A DNA stretch of 63,128 bases, counting the filler, from Vezdaea acicularis (Eukaryota), in NCBI GenBank assembly GCA_026025075.1. It is 5 parts of 5 records of this genome, joined end to end, with 100 filler letters (N's around TTAATTAATTAA, not from the genome) between each part and the next. Parts side by side here need not be neighbours in the genome. Positions count along the whole stretch, not along the records: positions 52,005 to 63,128 come from JAPEUI010000253.1; 4 more parts are not named here. The stretch is one strand, 5' to 3'. How positions within the stretch are numbered: position 1 is the first letter of the stretch; each line of letters starts with the position of its first letter. Made by a program: the position numbers and the translations under genes. The notes beneath the pieces were generated by a model. It was not told the origin of the DNA, searched no databases, and worked only from the letters and a program-made list of their open reading frames with translations. Positions 62,112 to 63,128 of this stretch are shown here, piece by piece.

Positions 62112-63128
62112 CTACAGCTCCTCAGCAGCGCTCTCGACCATCTTGCTCAACGGGCCCTTCATCACCATGAGCGTCATGACCTCGTATAGCGTATCGGCGG
62201 CGGCCATAGTCGTCAGCTCGGCGTTAGTGTCGTACGCGGGCGCGACCTCGACGATGTCCGCCGCGACGAGGTTGATCCCCGTCAAGCCGCGGAGGATGGT
62301 GCGGAGTTCGCGGGTGCTCCAGCCGCCGGTCTCGGGGGTGCCGGTTGCGGGGGCGACTTGTAGGGAATGTTAGTACGTCGTACACAGTGTCTTTTCGCGG
62401 GCCGGCAGAAGTGGGAGGCTTACAGGCAGGATCCAGCGTGTCGATATCGATACTGAGGTAGACGGGCTTCGTGGTGCCAACCCTCTCCTTGATCTTCTTG
62501 ATGATGCCTTCGGTGCCGATGGTATCGATCTCGCGCGCCTCGACGATCTCGAAGCCGCAGTATCCGTCATTTTCGTAGTCGCTCGGGCCGCTCAGGGTGG
62601 TGCGGATGCCGGCGTGGATGTTGGTGTCGTTGGCCAATAAGCCTTCTTGGCTGGCATGGTAGAAGTAGGTGCCGTGGTTCACGCTGGCGATCTTGGTGGG
62701 CGAGCCGCCGAAGACTTTGGGCTTCCATGTGTCGAGGTGCGAGTCGAAGTGGATGACGCTGATGGGGCCGTAGGCGCGGTTGACGCTGCGTAGGAGGGGG
62801 AGCGTGATGGTGTGGTCGCCGCCGAGGGTGATGACGCGGGGGAGGGTCTTGCCCTTCTTGGCGGGGCCGGCTTTGTCGGCGTCGGTCTTGGGGGCGCGCG
62901 TGAGGATCGAGTTGTGGCCTTCTTCGATCTGGTGAAGAGCCCATGTGTTGTCGTAGCTGTTATTCGTTTAGTTCTGAAGGGAGTTTGAGGTAGGGAGGTA
63001 TGTGCTCACGAGGTTACGGGGATGTCGCCGCAGTCGAGGACGGTGGCCCAGCTGTTGAAGGGGTTGGCTTCTAGGGGGACGTTGTATCCTCCGCTAAATC
63101 GCACTTTTCGTGAGCCTTTGTCGAAGCA
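62112..63128 (-). CDS. Agmatinase / ureohydrolase (arginase family), 5'-truncated by the window end
   Basis: [39 protein letters not shown] and [10 protein letters not shown]; introns present. Confidence 0.93.

Noticed and set aside
9270..63128. Arginine-metabolism cluster (ARG3 plus agmatinase)
   Set aside because: The genes lie on different concatenated contigs, so their proximity is artificial.

Overview
Eukaryotic DNA from a filamentous ascomycete (Pezizomycotina-like: compact intergenic spaces, 50-70 nt GT-AG introns with CTRAC branch points). The window is not one contiguous locus. Five segments are joined by an artificial 100-nt spacer (44 N + TTAATTAATTAA + 44 N), and the complete segments decrease in length (12,960, 12,822, 12,788 bp), as expected for size-sorted concatenated contigs. 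Segments 1, 2, 3 and 5 carry housekeeping genes: COX18, ALG11, Tag1-like, ARG3, an S10 carboxypeptidase, NDUFAF6-like, CorA, GTPBP1-like, LSM3, AEP2, LAS1, a CENP-B-type HTH protein, a PXA protein, an F-box/LRR protein, SEN15, VMA22, UPF3, SIT4, EME1 and an agmatinase. Two regions stand out. (1) A ~1.3 kb structured non-coding interval at 13.9-15.2 kb has a minus-strand CCCUAA template-like run and is a candidate telomerase RNA gene. (2) Segment 4 (39.1-51.9 kb) is accessory DNA made of a ~7.7 kb direct tandem repeat. The complete unit encodes a large protein with two Ulp1/C48-like protease domains (one lacking the catalytic Cys), and both units carry CACGTG-rich foldbacks, a minisatellite and a loop-less palindrome. 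Family assignments come from recognised motifs only; no searches were run.
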